Positions 13,183 to 28,100 of a stretch of DNA of 64,000 nt are shown in pieces; position 1 is the first letter of the stretch, and every line of letters begins with the position of its first letter. The translations under genes and the position numbers were made by a program. The notes beneath the pieces are model-generated. The model was not told where the DNA came from. It ran no database searches and was given only the letters and a program-made list of their open reading frames with translations. The stretch comes from Tubulanus polymorphus (taxonomy: Eukaryota; Animalia; Nemertea), in the NCBI RefSeq assembly GCF_964204645.1, contig NC_134030.1, positions 20,420,210 through 20,484,209 on the forward strand. The letters run 5' to 3'.

Positions 13183-16100
13183 CTGAAATGGATAATTTAT
13201 TCTAGGATAGAATAGAAGCCAAACTTTTTACAAACTTTGATCGAAAAAGTGCATTAAGATCATATTTCGGTTGATTTGAATCCGTCATGTTATAATCAAA
13301 CATGGCCAAAGTGCTAAATTAACTCATTCATAATTATCAAACCTAGATCTTGATATCGTCCATCGCACAGGAGTTCCTTAAAATGTAGTCCCGATTTTTA
13401 CACGAATCCAAACTAGAAAACTAGGGATGTTAAAAGTAAGGTTCTTACATACCTATTGTAAAGTGAACTAGCAGAAAAAAACAACGAAGATTCCGAGAAA
13501 TCGCAAAAATATGATACGGCACAGATGTTGCGTATCTGCAAAATTGGAGCAGCGACGAACGGACGGACGGACGAACGCACGCACAAGGGTTTTTTATGGG
13601 TTATCGCTCGTCTTAACCGAGTTTAGACGTAGAACTAAAATAATGATTTGGAAATTTGCAGCTGTTATAACGGGATTCATGGTAGCGCTGTTCTTGTATT
13701 CATCAAATCTCTGGACATCTTAAAACGATGGGACTCAATGTATACGGATCTTTTCGATGGGGATAGATGGTAGATCATTACATTGGGGAATCGTGTATAA
13801 CAGAATGATTTCATACCTGCGCATGATGATTTCAGCGATTATAATGATTAAAATGCACCCAGTAACCACACTGCTGATGTACAGTATCAAACTGGTCTGG
13901 TCCGTTGTGGTCCGATCAGTTGGAGTGCGGTCAGTTTTGGTCCGATCAGTTGGGGTCCGGTCAGTTGTGGCCCGATCAGTGGTAGCCCGTTCAGTTATTT
14001 TACGATCGGTTGTGGTCTTGTTAGTTACTGTGGTGGTCTTATGAATTTTTGACCGTACAGGTGGGCTCTTGTAACGTGGACCCAGCGGAGCCTAAAAATG
14101 AACAAAACTCTGAGAATCATTACAATTTCAAAAGGTATAATAATGATTATCAATTGATTTAATTAGTCACCATTCATTCAGTTTGCTTAGGCTCATCTAT
14201 CTGTCTATCACCTTACTATATCAAAACAACAAGGGGTGAAACGGCTTCGCTTTTTCCTAGTTTAATTTGACTCTGGATCCAGTCCCACAGTTCTGTGGGT
14301 TTAATTTGAATCTGAATCCAGTTCCACAGTTGTGCGGGTTTAATTTGAATCTGAATCCAGTTCCACAGTTGTGCGGGTTTGATTTGACTCTGGATCCAGT
14401 TCCACAGTTCTGTGGGTTTAATTTGAATCTGAATCCAGTTCCACAGTTGTGCGGGTTTAATTTGACTCTGGATCCAGTTCCACAGTTGCGTGGGTTTAAT
14501 TTGACTCTGAATCCAGTTCCACAGTTGTGTGGGTTTAATTTGACTCTGGATCCAGTTCCACAGTTGTAGGGTTTAATTTGACTCTGGATCCAGTTCCACA
14601 GTTGTAGGGTTTAATTTGACTCTGGATCCAGTTCCACAGTTGTGCGGGTTTAATTTGAACCTGAATCCAGTTCCACAGTTGTGCGGGTTTGATTTGACTC
14701 TGAATCCAGTTCCACAGTTGTGCGGGTTTAATTTGAATCTGGATCCAGTTCCACAGTTCTGTGGGTTTAATTTGAATCTGAATCCAGTTCCACAGTTCTG
14801 TGGGTTTAATTTGACTCTGGATCCAGTTCCACAGTTGCGTGGGTTTAATTTGACTCTGAATCCAGTTCCACAGTTGGATGGGGTTAATCTGAATCTGCAC
14901 CCAGTTCTATAGTTGTGTGGGTTTAATTTGACTCTGGATCCAGTTCCACAGTTGTGGGGTTTAATTTGACTCTGGATCCAGTTCCACAGTTGGGTGGGGT
15001 TAATCTGAATCTGCACCCAGTTCTACAGCGGAGAGCGTTTAACACGACTCTGGATCCAGTTCTAAATTTGTCTTGGTTAAATATGACTCTTCAGCTTATA
15101 TCCAGATACTCACCGGTGCAGGGTCCAGATTAGAATGATCTGAAACAAAGTGTAACCAGCAGAATTAACTTTCAGCGTTTCTGGGTTTGATGCGACGTGT
15201 ATAGCGTTGTACAGAAGGAATAGTTACAGGTATTCCCTCGAGTTAAAAGTAACCAACAAGCAAAAATAAATAAATAACATTTCTAAAAATTCACCAGAGA
15301 TGGATCCAGCATTATTCAAGAAAAAGGTGAACTATTTATTCTAACGGAAGAATTGCGTGCACTGTAGTGCGGACAAATTTGGTGGCTACTTATTGATGGA
15401 TGTCGGTGGATTCGACACATTTTTAGCAATCTATTCAAAACACTATTTTGTCCAGGGGCTCATTATTCAAGCCGATAGACATAACTCATCACCATGAATT
15501 GCTGAATGACGTTAGTATAGATTCGCCAGTGACATAAACGGTTGTAAAAGAATAGGACTAGATAAATCAGCTGTCATTCACGAGGAAGTTCAAGGAATAC
15601 ACAATGCAACTATCATTAGCGTTTTGAATAGGTGTTATCTTATATTACCTTATCTCACCAATCAAAAATCTATTTTTGCAACAACTATCTCTCTAATTTG
15701 TTTATTTTACTTGCAAATTACATATATAATTCTAGAAGGTGGCCGACTAAACCGATGGACCAGGTGTCAAAATTTTCTATTCAAACAAGACATTAATTCA
15801 TCGGGCACATATCATCGTATTTAATAAAGTTATTATCTTGTCTTTGCTTTAACCATTTAGTCCACCATGTGCCGTTTGCCGACTACACTTTATACCAGAA
15901 TAATGTAAAATGGCAAAATTTTGACGAGCTACCCACATCCCAGCCAGTGCTTACAGATACAATTCCAACTGGCGATAAATACCCCATAGATAGATATCCC
16001 TGGTAAAAATCTTTCCAAATTCCAGATTTTTTATGGCACTTAGATAACGAGTAAATTGACAATAATTATGTTTTCCAAGAGGGTTATGTTAAGACGACTG

Positions 16101-19100
16101 TTTATTTGTTCGCTTTTGTGTAAGCGAAATAATTTGAAAAAATATATGAACGAATAAAAAAATATGAACGAATGAACGAATAATAAAAAAACACATCAGC
16201 TTTAAAGGAAACATTTTTCGGACTTCATCTTTCGTTTTATCAGTGCGGGATTCTCCACTATATATGAACGAATTTTTTTTCAAAAACAAATCTTCCAGCA
16301 AGTCTCCAAAAATCAAGTAAAATTGATGGAGTTTATTAAGAGGGTAAATTCTACAGATCGAGTTGAATAAAACCAAACAAAATAAAAAGCATTGTCAAAA
16401 TTTCCTGAATATGCGTTCGGTGATCACAAAGGTTTTTTTTCAAAGAATTCATTCCATCCCAAAAGGGCGCTAGGATGCGCATTGAGAACAATATTGGGCA
16501 CGTTACAGCTCTGAGGGGCTAATTATCTAATTGTGAAGAATTTTTACATCCCAAGAGGGAATCATATGTCAGAAAAGGTCATATTTACGGAGTCCAGGAG
16601 GTAATATGGTGAAAAATAAATGATAAAATAGCCACACTCGAACGTAGATAACAGCCCACTATAAAGATTACACGTTTAAAAATCGAGATCCAAAAATTAG
16701 TCGCAACGTTTCGAAAAAAGTAATTGTAATAATCTTGTTTCATATTGAAGCTTAAAAGGTCGAGCTCACAAAAATTAAAACAAATTCGAGCCTGAAACAT
16801 GTGGGAATTTATTATCACGTGAGCTCGACCTTTCGACCTTCGTTATGAAACAAGATTATAAGGGTTTTCTGTTTCATCACAGAAAACCTTATTGAAATAC
16901 GCGTGATTATTATAATTTTTTTCTCTTTTCCACTCAGTTTTTGTGAAAAGTGTAGAGGCTTCCTTACCTTACCGCTGTTGCCGATATGATATCCTTCAGC
17001 TCACTTCAATCTCCAGATACTGCATGGGAATTTTTTGATAAATCCTCGTTGGCACTCTCGCCGTAAAAATCGGAAATTTGGCCCCGTTCAATTAGTAGCC
17101 ATGTTGTGTTTTCTTCCGACATTTCTCTCCTCTTTTCGAGGAAAAGCTATCGAATTCAATTCAATTCAATTCAATATTTATTTCACGGAAAAGCAGAACA
17201 ATCAAATCATAAGAAAGCTAAACAAATTTGAAAAAGAACGAGAAAATAAATAATAATTCCCTCTCTTCTCCACAATCAATTTCAAAGTCAATTCTATGAA
17301 TTTATTGCTCAGCGGGTCCGAGTCAAAGAGTTTACGAACCCGACGTTCACGAGTCCGACAGGTTTACGGGCATTTGTTTTTTACCTCTTTTATATTGTTG
17401 ATTTCTTGTTATTCCGGTTATTTCATTTAAGTATATTGCTGATCAGTTCATGTAATCAAAAGCATCAATAAATACATTTTGAACTTATCAAGTTTAAATC
17501 AAGGTTGTTGAGTCACGGGTAGTCTAGTACCTAGCCGTCGTTCTACAAACTACGTCTAGGGCGAAAGTGCTCATATAAGTTATACATTTCATGTCAACCA
17601 GTATCTAAAGGCAGCTGTACAGTGTGTACACACTATATCTGAATACGAGGCTGGAATAACAGGCTCACTTCACGTAGGTTCATGATGAGGAGAAACTCGC
17701 AGCTGATCCCCGGAACGACGATGTAGTAACACACGTCGATTCGTCGATGTTTACGGCTCGACAGTGCTTTTAAAATCTAAAGTAGTAAATTTCCAGTGTA
17801 TCGGTAATATGATTTGATGAGGAAAATGGGCTATTGTTAAAATCACTGTTTGAAGACCGCGACTGAATGTGAAGTCTGCGGCAATAAATTAGTTCATTTA
17901 TACTTGAATTGATAATCGAAGTGACAGTCGGCCTGCGGGTTGATTTCGGGATGACGACTCGAAAAACATGTCGCCCCATTGAATGGGGCTAAATTTTCGA
18001 TGTTTACGGCACGACAGCGCTTTTGTAACGATGATTCGTGAAAAAACACGCGGGCTATTTGTAGATCTCAGTGAGCTGAACGATATTATATGGATTGTAT
18101 ATGAAACAGCGGTAAGGTAACAAAGCCTATGTTCTTTTGGTAAAAATAGTGTGGAAGAAAATAATAATAATAATAATCACGCGGATATCAATAGGGTTTT
18201 CTGTGAAATAACAGAAAACCCTAATAATAATCACGCGGATATCAATAGGGTTTTCTGTGAAATAACAGAAAACCCTAATAATCACGCGGATATCAATAGG
18301 GTTTTCTGTGAAATAACAGAAAACCCTAATAAGAAACACGCGAATCTCAATAGGGTTTTCTGTGATGTAACAGAAAACCCTAATAATAAGAAACACGCGA
18401 ATCTCAATAGGGTTTTCTGTGATGTAACAGAAAACCATAATAAGAAACACACGAATCTCAATAGGGTTTTCTGTGATGGAACAGAAAACCCTAATAATCA
18501 CGTGGATATCAGTAGGGTTTTCTGTGAAATAACAGAAAACCCTAATTAGCACAATTTATAAAAGATGGTTTAGATGTATATAGATCCCTCCTGTAGTCTG
18601 TCAATTGTAAATAGTACACTGTATTTGTATATATTGTAAATACTCTTGTGTATATTTTTAAAATATTTTTTATTTTTCTCTCGATATGTAAATATTTGTA
18701 AACAAAATCTTTTTTTTTTCTCAACGTACCATGGAAATGGTTGGAGAGTAATAAATTATCTTATCTTATCTTATCTTTTATGGTCCGTCACGTGGCGCCA
18801 CCTACTGTATTTTGATATGCTAATGAGCAGGTGATGACGTCACTGTAACGTTTCCGAGCGTCCACGGAGCGGATTCTCAGCATTACGCGAGCGTATGCCG
18901 AGTAAACTATCGCTCATAAATGAAAACAACAACAACTTTAGTAAAAATTGTTTATTTCTGAATGCAAATTCCTCACTGAACAAGTTGATGGTAATAAAGG
19001 TAGATAAACCGATTATTAACGAAATTACGGACCAAAACGTCGCACGGAGAGCAGGTGTGACAGAAGTAGGCTATTTGCAAATCAAATTTCATCCACAATG

Positions 19101-22100
19101 CAGTTACGTTCTGTGGCACAATGGGTAAATCACTGGATTACTACTGGATTTTTTTTTCGTTTGGTTTTAATCCCAATATTGCAAGTCTGAGCGTCAACGT
19201 ACTCACATACGGCTAACCTGTAGAAATCACCGTACAGTCACGTACAGGTAACAACAACGTTTGAAGTATTAAGTGAGTACCATGAGTACAATAAGCCTAC
19301 CATGCCTATGTACTACAAACACAACGTTTTACCTCTCGTCCGCCCTACAGTGATGTTACTAATAACTGGTGCCATTATAACATGGATAGGATTTGGTCAG
19401 GACTAGCCTAAAGTCTAATTCAGTCTGTACTAATTCACTCGATAGGCCTATTTTTAAGACAATACAGTGAAGTATTCACACGCAGAAAGGCTAATTGATT
19501 TGAGCCATGTGATTAAATTTTACTCAGGCCTTCTCTGACCTGCTGACATTAATAGTCAAACCTAGATCCAAAACGTTCATGTGGTCACGGCTTGTATACC
19601 AGAAATCATTGTAGGCCTGTACATTTTGCTGTTCGTAGGTTTGGTATACCGATTTCTCCATTTTTGACTGATAAGTGTACAGTATAGCGTACGCATTATA
19701 TAATTGTTCCAATGGGAATAGGGCCTATTGATTGTGATACCTGGAACTAGCTCGGAATAGTCACCAAACACAAACGATATTGAAATAATTTAAAGCTTGA
19801 TTTATTGTTGAAACGAGTCAAAGAGAAAAGAGCTCAGAGAGAGAACGAGAGCCAAAGAGAAAGAGAGCGAGGAATAGAGAGACATGAATTTATATTGCTC
19901 CACTAGACAATGGCCAGACACGTCAGTAGGACAAAGTCCGAATGACCAGTGCCGAGTGAAGTGGACGGTTGGGATTAAAGAGATAAAGACAATATTGCTT
20001 TTGAAATGATTAACATACGGAAATATAGTATAACATGTTTGTAATGAAAACTGAATAATGACTTAGATATTAAATAAATACTATCCTCTGTATCATATGC
20101 CCCACCTTCACTTGATTCGTCCTCGAATCTCAAAATTAAACTATACCGACGAAAAAACTATTGACAACGAGTGAAAAACCACTACTCGATAAAAGATCCA
20201 AACATGAAAAGTAACCATATATACTGCATGATATTCTTCCCTTTAAACACGCAATTATCAGTGGGATGAAAACCTGGAAGACACTTAAATTACGCGGATG
20301 ACACTAACGACTTATCATTGTAGCAAGAAGACGTAGACACACGGAAAAAATGTATACAGGTCCACCACTCAACAATTAAGCGTAATCAGGAGAAATAAAC
20401 AAAGATAGTACATGATTCATATGAATGGAATCTAACCCATATAAAGATAGGCGTATAGGTTGTCAATAATAGTAATGTGGTCAGTACGGCAGTAAATATC
20501 ATTGTCACTTCTAAAATAAATATCAAAGTCCAATAAGTGGACTGCACGCACAAAAATAAATGAAAACTATGGCGCGATAGTAACTAAGTAAGTATCAAGT
20601 TCCACATACACGATAATAAGTATATTAAATATTTCTAATAAAAGGCGGGCTGACACAGAGGCACGCGTTTTGTAAAATAAAAAAAAACATTAGCAACAGC
20701 CGATCCTCTTTGTTCTGTGTTGGGGAGAGGACTCAGAAAACCCCAAACGGTATCAACCATACATTAGCCCTTTTTCCTTGACGAGAGTGGGTTAACTCCC
20801 GGGTTATTTCTGTGCTGGAGGAACCACTCCAGAGAAAAAGCAAAGAGTGTTAGCCAAATATAGTTATGCAAAGGCTAGCATTTGATATAGTACACAGCGC
20901 ACACTTTGTTAGTCTCCGAGACATCAGGTTTAGACATCTATGCCGGACAACAGGCTTCGATACAGGTTTGTGGACGTCTCTCCATCGGATGTTCTTGAGA
21001 CTACAGGTTTGTGGACGGTTCGACATGACGTGTGTTGTTGGTTATTCGACATTGGGCTTACCACCTATGTTGACGCAGGTGGGGCCAGCAATGTCTAGTT
21101 GTCACGTTCACATCTACAGTCCATCTCGTAGTGAGTCTGACAAAGGTCAGCTTGGTGCGATAACTTCTTTAGATAGAGTTGATGACTTCTTACGATTTTT
21201 CATCGCTGTCTCCGGTGTAAACAATGTGGAGTACCGATACGTCTGGAAGAACTTGTTTGTGGAAGAGGCCTCGTATTCGAAGACCGCATTGTGGCACTTG
21301 GCGTCTGTGGTTTTCCTCAGAGACTATTTAGGGTGTGACTTCTGACGGAGATGTGACATCGACCTGAGACTATATCGCATGCGAGTCATTTACATAGATT
21401 ATAGATCAAATTGATATATTAAACTACCTCCATGCTTTCCCATATCAGACGCGCAAATGGATGATACCGATATTAGTTAGGAAAAGATAGTTAGCTTAAC
21501 GATAGCATAAAGCAAAAAAAAAAAAAACAAAAACAAGAAAAACTTAAGCTGTTGCACCTGCAAAAGAACGTTTTGGATTAGACAAAATAAAACATTGTAG
21601 GAAGCTCTCTCATAAAATTTTGTTATAGAATTTGAAAAATATGAGTAGTTTGATAAAAGGATATCTCTGAGCTAGTGTCGCAGCAGTAATGGATATTCAC
21701 GATCTGCAAAAGACTTTTGTGAGTACGTGTAACTAATGATTATTAAGGTTTAGTGGTTGGGTAAACTTAATCAAGTGTCGGAAGTGCAATCATTTTACCA
21801 TCCGTGAATGAAAGATATAGATAAGTATCATAATAGTTAGAGTTAATAATTTTTATTAATTGGATGTACGCGCACCATGACATTCTGGTTAATTCAGGTA
21901 AGTCGTGCCGCCGAGAATTTGCTATAATTTGACTGTTTCCCCAATAGGTCGAGAGATAAGGACTTAAAAGCTTGACCTGACTTGTTTTCCTTAGACCATT
22001 GGGGGCGTGATTGATATAATAGTGATGTGGACAGTCAGGAAGATTTAAAATAGTTATATTAACGCTATCGCTGATGTTAGCCAGTGAGAGGACTAAAGAA

Positions 22101-25100
22101 CAGCCGCTAGTACGTAACGGATATACCATTCGGAATATATTCTTTAAAATTAATAAAGACAACCGAAATAACACATAGCCGGCTAACAACAAAACGATGA
22201 AGTGTACGTTCTCCTGAATATGCGAAGAAATTAATTCAAAAGAGGATACAAAATCGGTTGTAGCATTGTCGGTAGCCGGATTGCTTTGTTCGTCAGGTGG
22301 ATAAAAGGCTAGTGTTTCATTTATCGTTATTTTAAATGAATTTGCCGACGGATTGCTGGTTGTTGCGAGAGGTGCAAACAAAGTTGCCGCTCTTCTTCGA
22401 TTAGTACAGAATAGATACAGCGAGAAAGTCAAAGCTAACAAACTTGAGATTAATGATGTAGAGGCAATAATTTGTGAGGAATCAATACTAAAAGAACTTT
22501 TATGCCACGGTGAGGCGAAGTTAGACCCAAAGGAACTCTACTGGGTGCAAGAACAGGCGTTACTTGGCCGTAAACAGGGACCGAATGAGCCGGTGAAATC
22601 ATACTCGGAGGACCTCACCTCTAAATTTGCGAAATTGAAAACACCTCCTCAGACGCGATTGCAAGTCTTTTTGTTAGGGTTACGAACGGATCTAAAGAAA
22701 TTTGTTTTGACTCAACAACCTCGGTCAGTTGATGAGGCTGTTAATCAGGCCCTTACGGCAGAGATTATTACGCAGCTAGATCCTCCTGCAACACACTCAG
22801 TTGCCGCCCTTAAAGGCCAGGAGCAGGATAAAATGGAATTGTTGATTAACGAAATAAAATCTCTACGAGCTGACCTCACTTCTCAATCAAATTTCCAAGC
22901 AAACAATAGGCCGGCATCAGAAATTCCTTACTGTAATTACTGTCAGAGATCAGGTCATTCTGAGCGTACTTGTGATCGCAGGTACAATTCAAGAGGTCAG
23001 CAGTCTAGTTATCGGGGTCAAGGGTTGCGTAGGCAAAATTATTCGAGGAATAATTACCGTCGGTTTAATCCTGATAACCCGACAAACAATCGAAACTATA
23101 CACATAGGGGTAATTACGATGTGATGGAATATGTCCATCAGTCGTTTTCTATGTTGTAACTGGAGGGTGCTGCCCTCTCTCTCTCGAAAATACAGAACAA
23201 TAGGTGATTGTGTTAATATCTTTTGTCCGCCTTTTTACTGGTTTTTGGGCTCGCAGAGTCGATATTTGGAGGAAACTTCTACTGTGGAACAGGCAGAATA
23301 GGACCTCGTTACATCTGGTGGCAGCGTAGTGGGATTTGATTGTGAAAAAACCCGTTGAAATTGAGTTGAAGCGGTGAACACGTTTTTCTCCGTTTAGTCT
23401 GTGTAAATTACGGTTACTTTTTGTGTGTACTTAACGTATTTTTTTTTTACCTACTTCGTAATTCCTAGTACATATTTAGTATTATTTAAGTGCCTGTTTC
23501 CCCTACATTTATTTGCGGTCCTGTATTTTCTGTGTCATTTATATAAAAGAAACCCTAATGCGAAACAACAACTACGCCGTGTTAGATGTCTACTGTATCC
23601 AGAGCCGAGAAGTTTGGAGCTTAATATACTATTATAAGGACTATAATTAAATTTGCGTAGATATTTTGACTATATATTCCTGTTCAAATAGGAGTTTGAA
23701 CAAGTTGAAGGGGGTAGTGTGATGGAATATGTCCATCAGTCGTTTTCTATGTTGTAACTGGAGGGTGCTGCCCTCTCTCTCTCGAAAATACAGAACAATA
23801 GGTGATTGTGTTAATATCTTTTGTCCGCCTTTTTTACTGGTTTTTGGGCTCGCAGAGTCGATATTTGGAGGAAACTTCTACTGTGGAACAGGCAGAATAG
23901 GACCTCGTTACAACGACAGGCAGCAGTTTCCCAACTCTACCTATCACACGAATCAGGGAAATTAGGCACGGCTTGTATCAACGTGGGTGATAACAGCCAA
24001 CCACATGCACATAACCCCACGAACCATTTACCAACATCCCCTCCTAACATTAATTTCGATACTTTTGCAGATGATTCCGCTAATTCTGACGTTTTTAGCA
24101 GTAAATTTCATATTGATTTTTGTGACTGTTTGCTCAGAATATTTTATGTTTTCATGGCGTTTTCCCTACTTATATTCTTTTTATGCAAAGACATCGTGTG
24201 TAGAGCCACTCCATTTCTTATCAATGTTTTCATCGTGCTATTCAAACTTGTACAACGGTCAGCACGTGGCAGTATAACCATATTTGCTAAGTCTCGTGTC
24301 TTGGGTGAGTCTCTCTATTGAATTATTTGTTATCATATTAGCCTATTTATGAACGGCATCAGTTTCCCGAAATGTGATGAAAAATGTAAACAGTCGCCGA
24401 TAGTGAGCGAAAATAGTCAAAAGTCTTATAAAATTTTAGCATCGGTCGCCAATTCAATTCCCGGAAAAGTTAGTGGAACAAATGTTACTATTTTAATTGA
24501 TAGTGGTAGTGACTTGACAGTCGTTAGTAAATCTCTGTTTGATAAATTAGACAGTTGCGAGCTAATTGACCCCGATAAAAGTATCAATGCCCATTCAGCT
24601 AATGGATCTAATATTCGAATGTTGGGCGTCACTGAATTAAAACTTAATATTGGGCTCTGTGATTATGATATAACTGCACATGTAGCGGCAGATTTGGCAT
24701 ACGACGTTATTTTAGGTATGGACGTTTTGATACCACAGGGAGTTATTATTGATTTAGGGGAAGGTACCGTACAATTCCCTGGTAGCGGTCCTCTGATATT
24801 ACAGAAGCAATACGATCTTGTAAATGATGCCCAACTGCGTGTCAAAGAAACCACTGTAGTTCCACCTTTTTCAGAAATAGTCATACCGGCAAAAATATCA
24901 CAATCCGTTTCAAATGGGACCGAATGCATAATTGAACCGAGTCTCAAATTACACAGAACAAATTTGATTGGTGCTAAAGTCATTGCTTTAGTCAAGAAGA
25001 ACTCAGTTCCATTTCGTATTTGCAATCCTACCGTTAAACCCGTGAAACTTTATAGAAACACAACACTTGGTCATCTATCTACAGGATCGTTTGACATCAT

Positions 25101-28100
25101 AGATACAGATGTACAAAACGAATCAGCAAGTATACCGGGACCCAACATTTGTAATCTTAATTGTCAGCCTGGGAACCTGAAGTATGAAGACCCACCTGAC
25201 GTCAACCTAGGTAAATCGCAACTTTCAGGCTCAGAGAAACAGCGTCTGCGTAAACCTCTCTTGAAGTACCGTGACGTTTTCGCCAATAGTGATGACGAAC
25301 TGGGTCATTCAACGTTAATAGAACATCATATCGATGTCCAAGGCCACCCTCCTATCAGGCAACGAGCCTATCGACGGACCCCAGACATGAGAAAAATCGA
25401 GGAGGAGGAAGTAGATAAGATGGCACGTGCCGGGATTATTCGAGAATCTAACTCGCCATGGAGTAGCCCGGTCGTGCTAGTTAAAAAGAAAAATGGCCAG
25501 ACTAGGTTCTGCGTAGACTATCGGAAGGTCAACGAGGTCACTCGGAAGGATTCATTCCCGATGCCTCGTTGTGACGATATAATCGACAGTTTAGGTAGTT
25601 CCCAGCCAAAATTCTTTCATCACTAGATTTGCGATCTGGTTATTGGCAATTAGAGGTTGACGAAGATTCGAAGCCAATCACTGCGTTTACCTGTAGTCGT
25701 GGCCTGTTTGAATTTAATTAATTCAGTTGGAAGATATGTCTAATTTACCTCGACGACGTTGTAGTATTTTCCAATTCATTTGAAGAACATTTGGAACATT
25801 TAGAGCAAGTTTTCCAACGGCTAAGAGAAGTTGGACTGACTCTGAAGCCGTCCAAATGCAACTTCGCTATGGCAAGCATTCTTTACTTAGGACACGTTCT
25901 CAGCGCCAAGGGAGTCGAACCCGATCCTGAAAAGTGCAAGGCAATTTTGGAGTACCCAATTCCAAGAACGTTGAAAGATCTAAGATCATTTGTAGGCCTG
26001 GCTACGTATTACAGGAAATTCATTCCCAGATTTAGCGAAATATGCTCACCTCTATATGCCATGACCAAGAAAAATGCAAAATTTGATTGGACACCTGAAT
26101 GTGACAAAGCCTTTAACACATTAAAACAACGACTCACGACTCCCCCCGTATTAGCATTTCCCGACTTTAATCTACCCTTTGAACTGCACACAGATGCCAG
26201 TGCAACAGCAATAGGGCTGGTATTGTGTCAGCGTGTGGATAATAATGAACGCGTTATTGCGTATGGGGGCCGGAACCTCCTCCCTAGGGAAAGAAATTGG
26301 GACACAACCCAACGGGAGATGGCTGCTGTCATGGAAGGCATCAAGAAGTTCAAGCCCTACCTCCACGGTCGTAAGTTCCGTGTCGTTACAGACCACAATG
26401 CACTCCGTTGGTTAATGACATTAAAAGAACCTCAAGGACGATTATGTCATTGGGCATTAGCATTGCAAGAATACGACATGGAGATTGTGCATCGTGCTGG
26501 TCGGGTACACAATAACGCGGATGCCTTATCACGTCGAAACTATATCAACACCATTGATTCAAATCAGGTTTTGAACATTTCAAATGAAGATAGGGTTGAG
26601 TATCCCTCTGTGTGCGTTTGATAAATGAGATATTGTCTGTCTTTGGTTGATACTCAACCCTATCTCATTTATCAAACGCACACAGAGGGATGACCCTTTT
26701 TCTTTAGATTTGATAAAGTACTTGAATGATAGAGAATTACCCGAAGACAAGAAGGCCGCTAGAAACATCATCCTCCAGTCTGAATTTTTCTGTCTACGCG
26801 AACACGGATTATTATGGCGCAAGTCCAAATTGAACCGATCAAAACATCCGGGACAAATTCTGTTTCAATTATATATCCCTCCATCATTGAGAGAGGACGT
26901 TCTCATAGCTTATCATGACGATGTTTTGGCTGGTCACTTTGGTTTTGATAAGACCTACGATAAAATACGAACGAAATACTACTGGCGAGGCATGTACGAA
27001 GATATAGCACACTGGGTCAGGTCATGTGTATTGTGCAATACCAAGAAAGTACCGAAACACAAGCTCACGGCACCCCAGATCCCTTTACCTGCAGTAGATT
27101 CTCCGTTCGATCGAATCGCAATTGATTGCGTAGGGCCAATCCATCGCAGTAGGAAAGGGAACCAATATATTGTAGTCATAACCGACTATTCGACACGTTG
27201 GGCCGAAGCCTTTGCCACCAAATCTATTTCTGCAACTGTGATTGCTCGCATTCTGTTTGATGAAATTCTATGTACCCACGGCGCACCACTCACAATTAAT
27301 TTTGAGTGACAGAGACCTTTCTGTCTTCTCTTGTAAGAGAACTATGTGAATTATGCAATACTACTCAGATCCGTACTTCCGCTTATCACCCATGTACAGA
27401 TGGACTTACTGAAAAGTACAATGGCACTTTAGTGCAAGGACTGAGCATGTTTTGCAATTCAAAACAGACTAACTGGGATGAATTCATCAAGCCACTCCTT
27501 CATGCCTATAGAACTACCATCGTCAAAAGCACGGGCTACACACCATTTTTTCTCATGCACGGTCGTGAAGCTAGGACACCAATAGACACCTCACTCCTAC
27601 CTCCTGAACATGAATTCTACTCAGCTGATGAATATGTCCAAGAAATGGGTAGAAAGTTGCAAGAAGCTCGCATTTGGGCCAAAACAAATCTGGAAAATAC
27701 TCAGGTGATCGCGAAATTGAAACATGATCAACGACACAAGGTCACAGATCCTGTCTACCAGGAAGGCGACTTAGTTTGGCTTCGGACTCCAAAGACAATA
27801 AAAGGGCTATCTAAGAAGTTGCTTCATCCATATTCTGGACCATTCATTATCTTCAAGAAAACATCGCCCGTTAATTATCTCCTTAAAACACGAGCTGGTA
27901 GAACCCTTAAATCTCCCGTGCACGCCAACAGACTTAAAATGCACACTGACCCTAATGCTCGACGTGTCGGAATTCAGAAATTTGATCGTGATTTGCAAGT
28001 TAAAGTACAACCCCAAATACCCAGGAAACAAGCACAGGTTGTCCCTCAACAACAGGGAGGTAGCGATAGCAATAAACCCAAGGATTCCGAGCCAACGGCC

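Noticed and set aside
13757-14044. Hydrophobic ORFs with VVRSV repeats, also 37076-37327 and 60699-60998
   Set aside because: Antisense shadows of the stalk/TM exon.
14267-15016. ORFs with 13-aa repeats on both strands
   Set aside because: Intronic minisatellite between two well-bounded exons; frames are not conserved in A2 or A3.
18165-18548. CRISPR-like palindromic repeats with spacers
   Set aside because: The spacers are themselves repeated, the context is eukaryotic and there are no cas genes.
20866-21345. 159-aa plus-strand ORF inside the LTR element
   Set aside because: No recognisable motif; lies antisense in the 3' region of the shell and may be chance.
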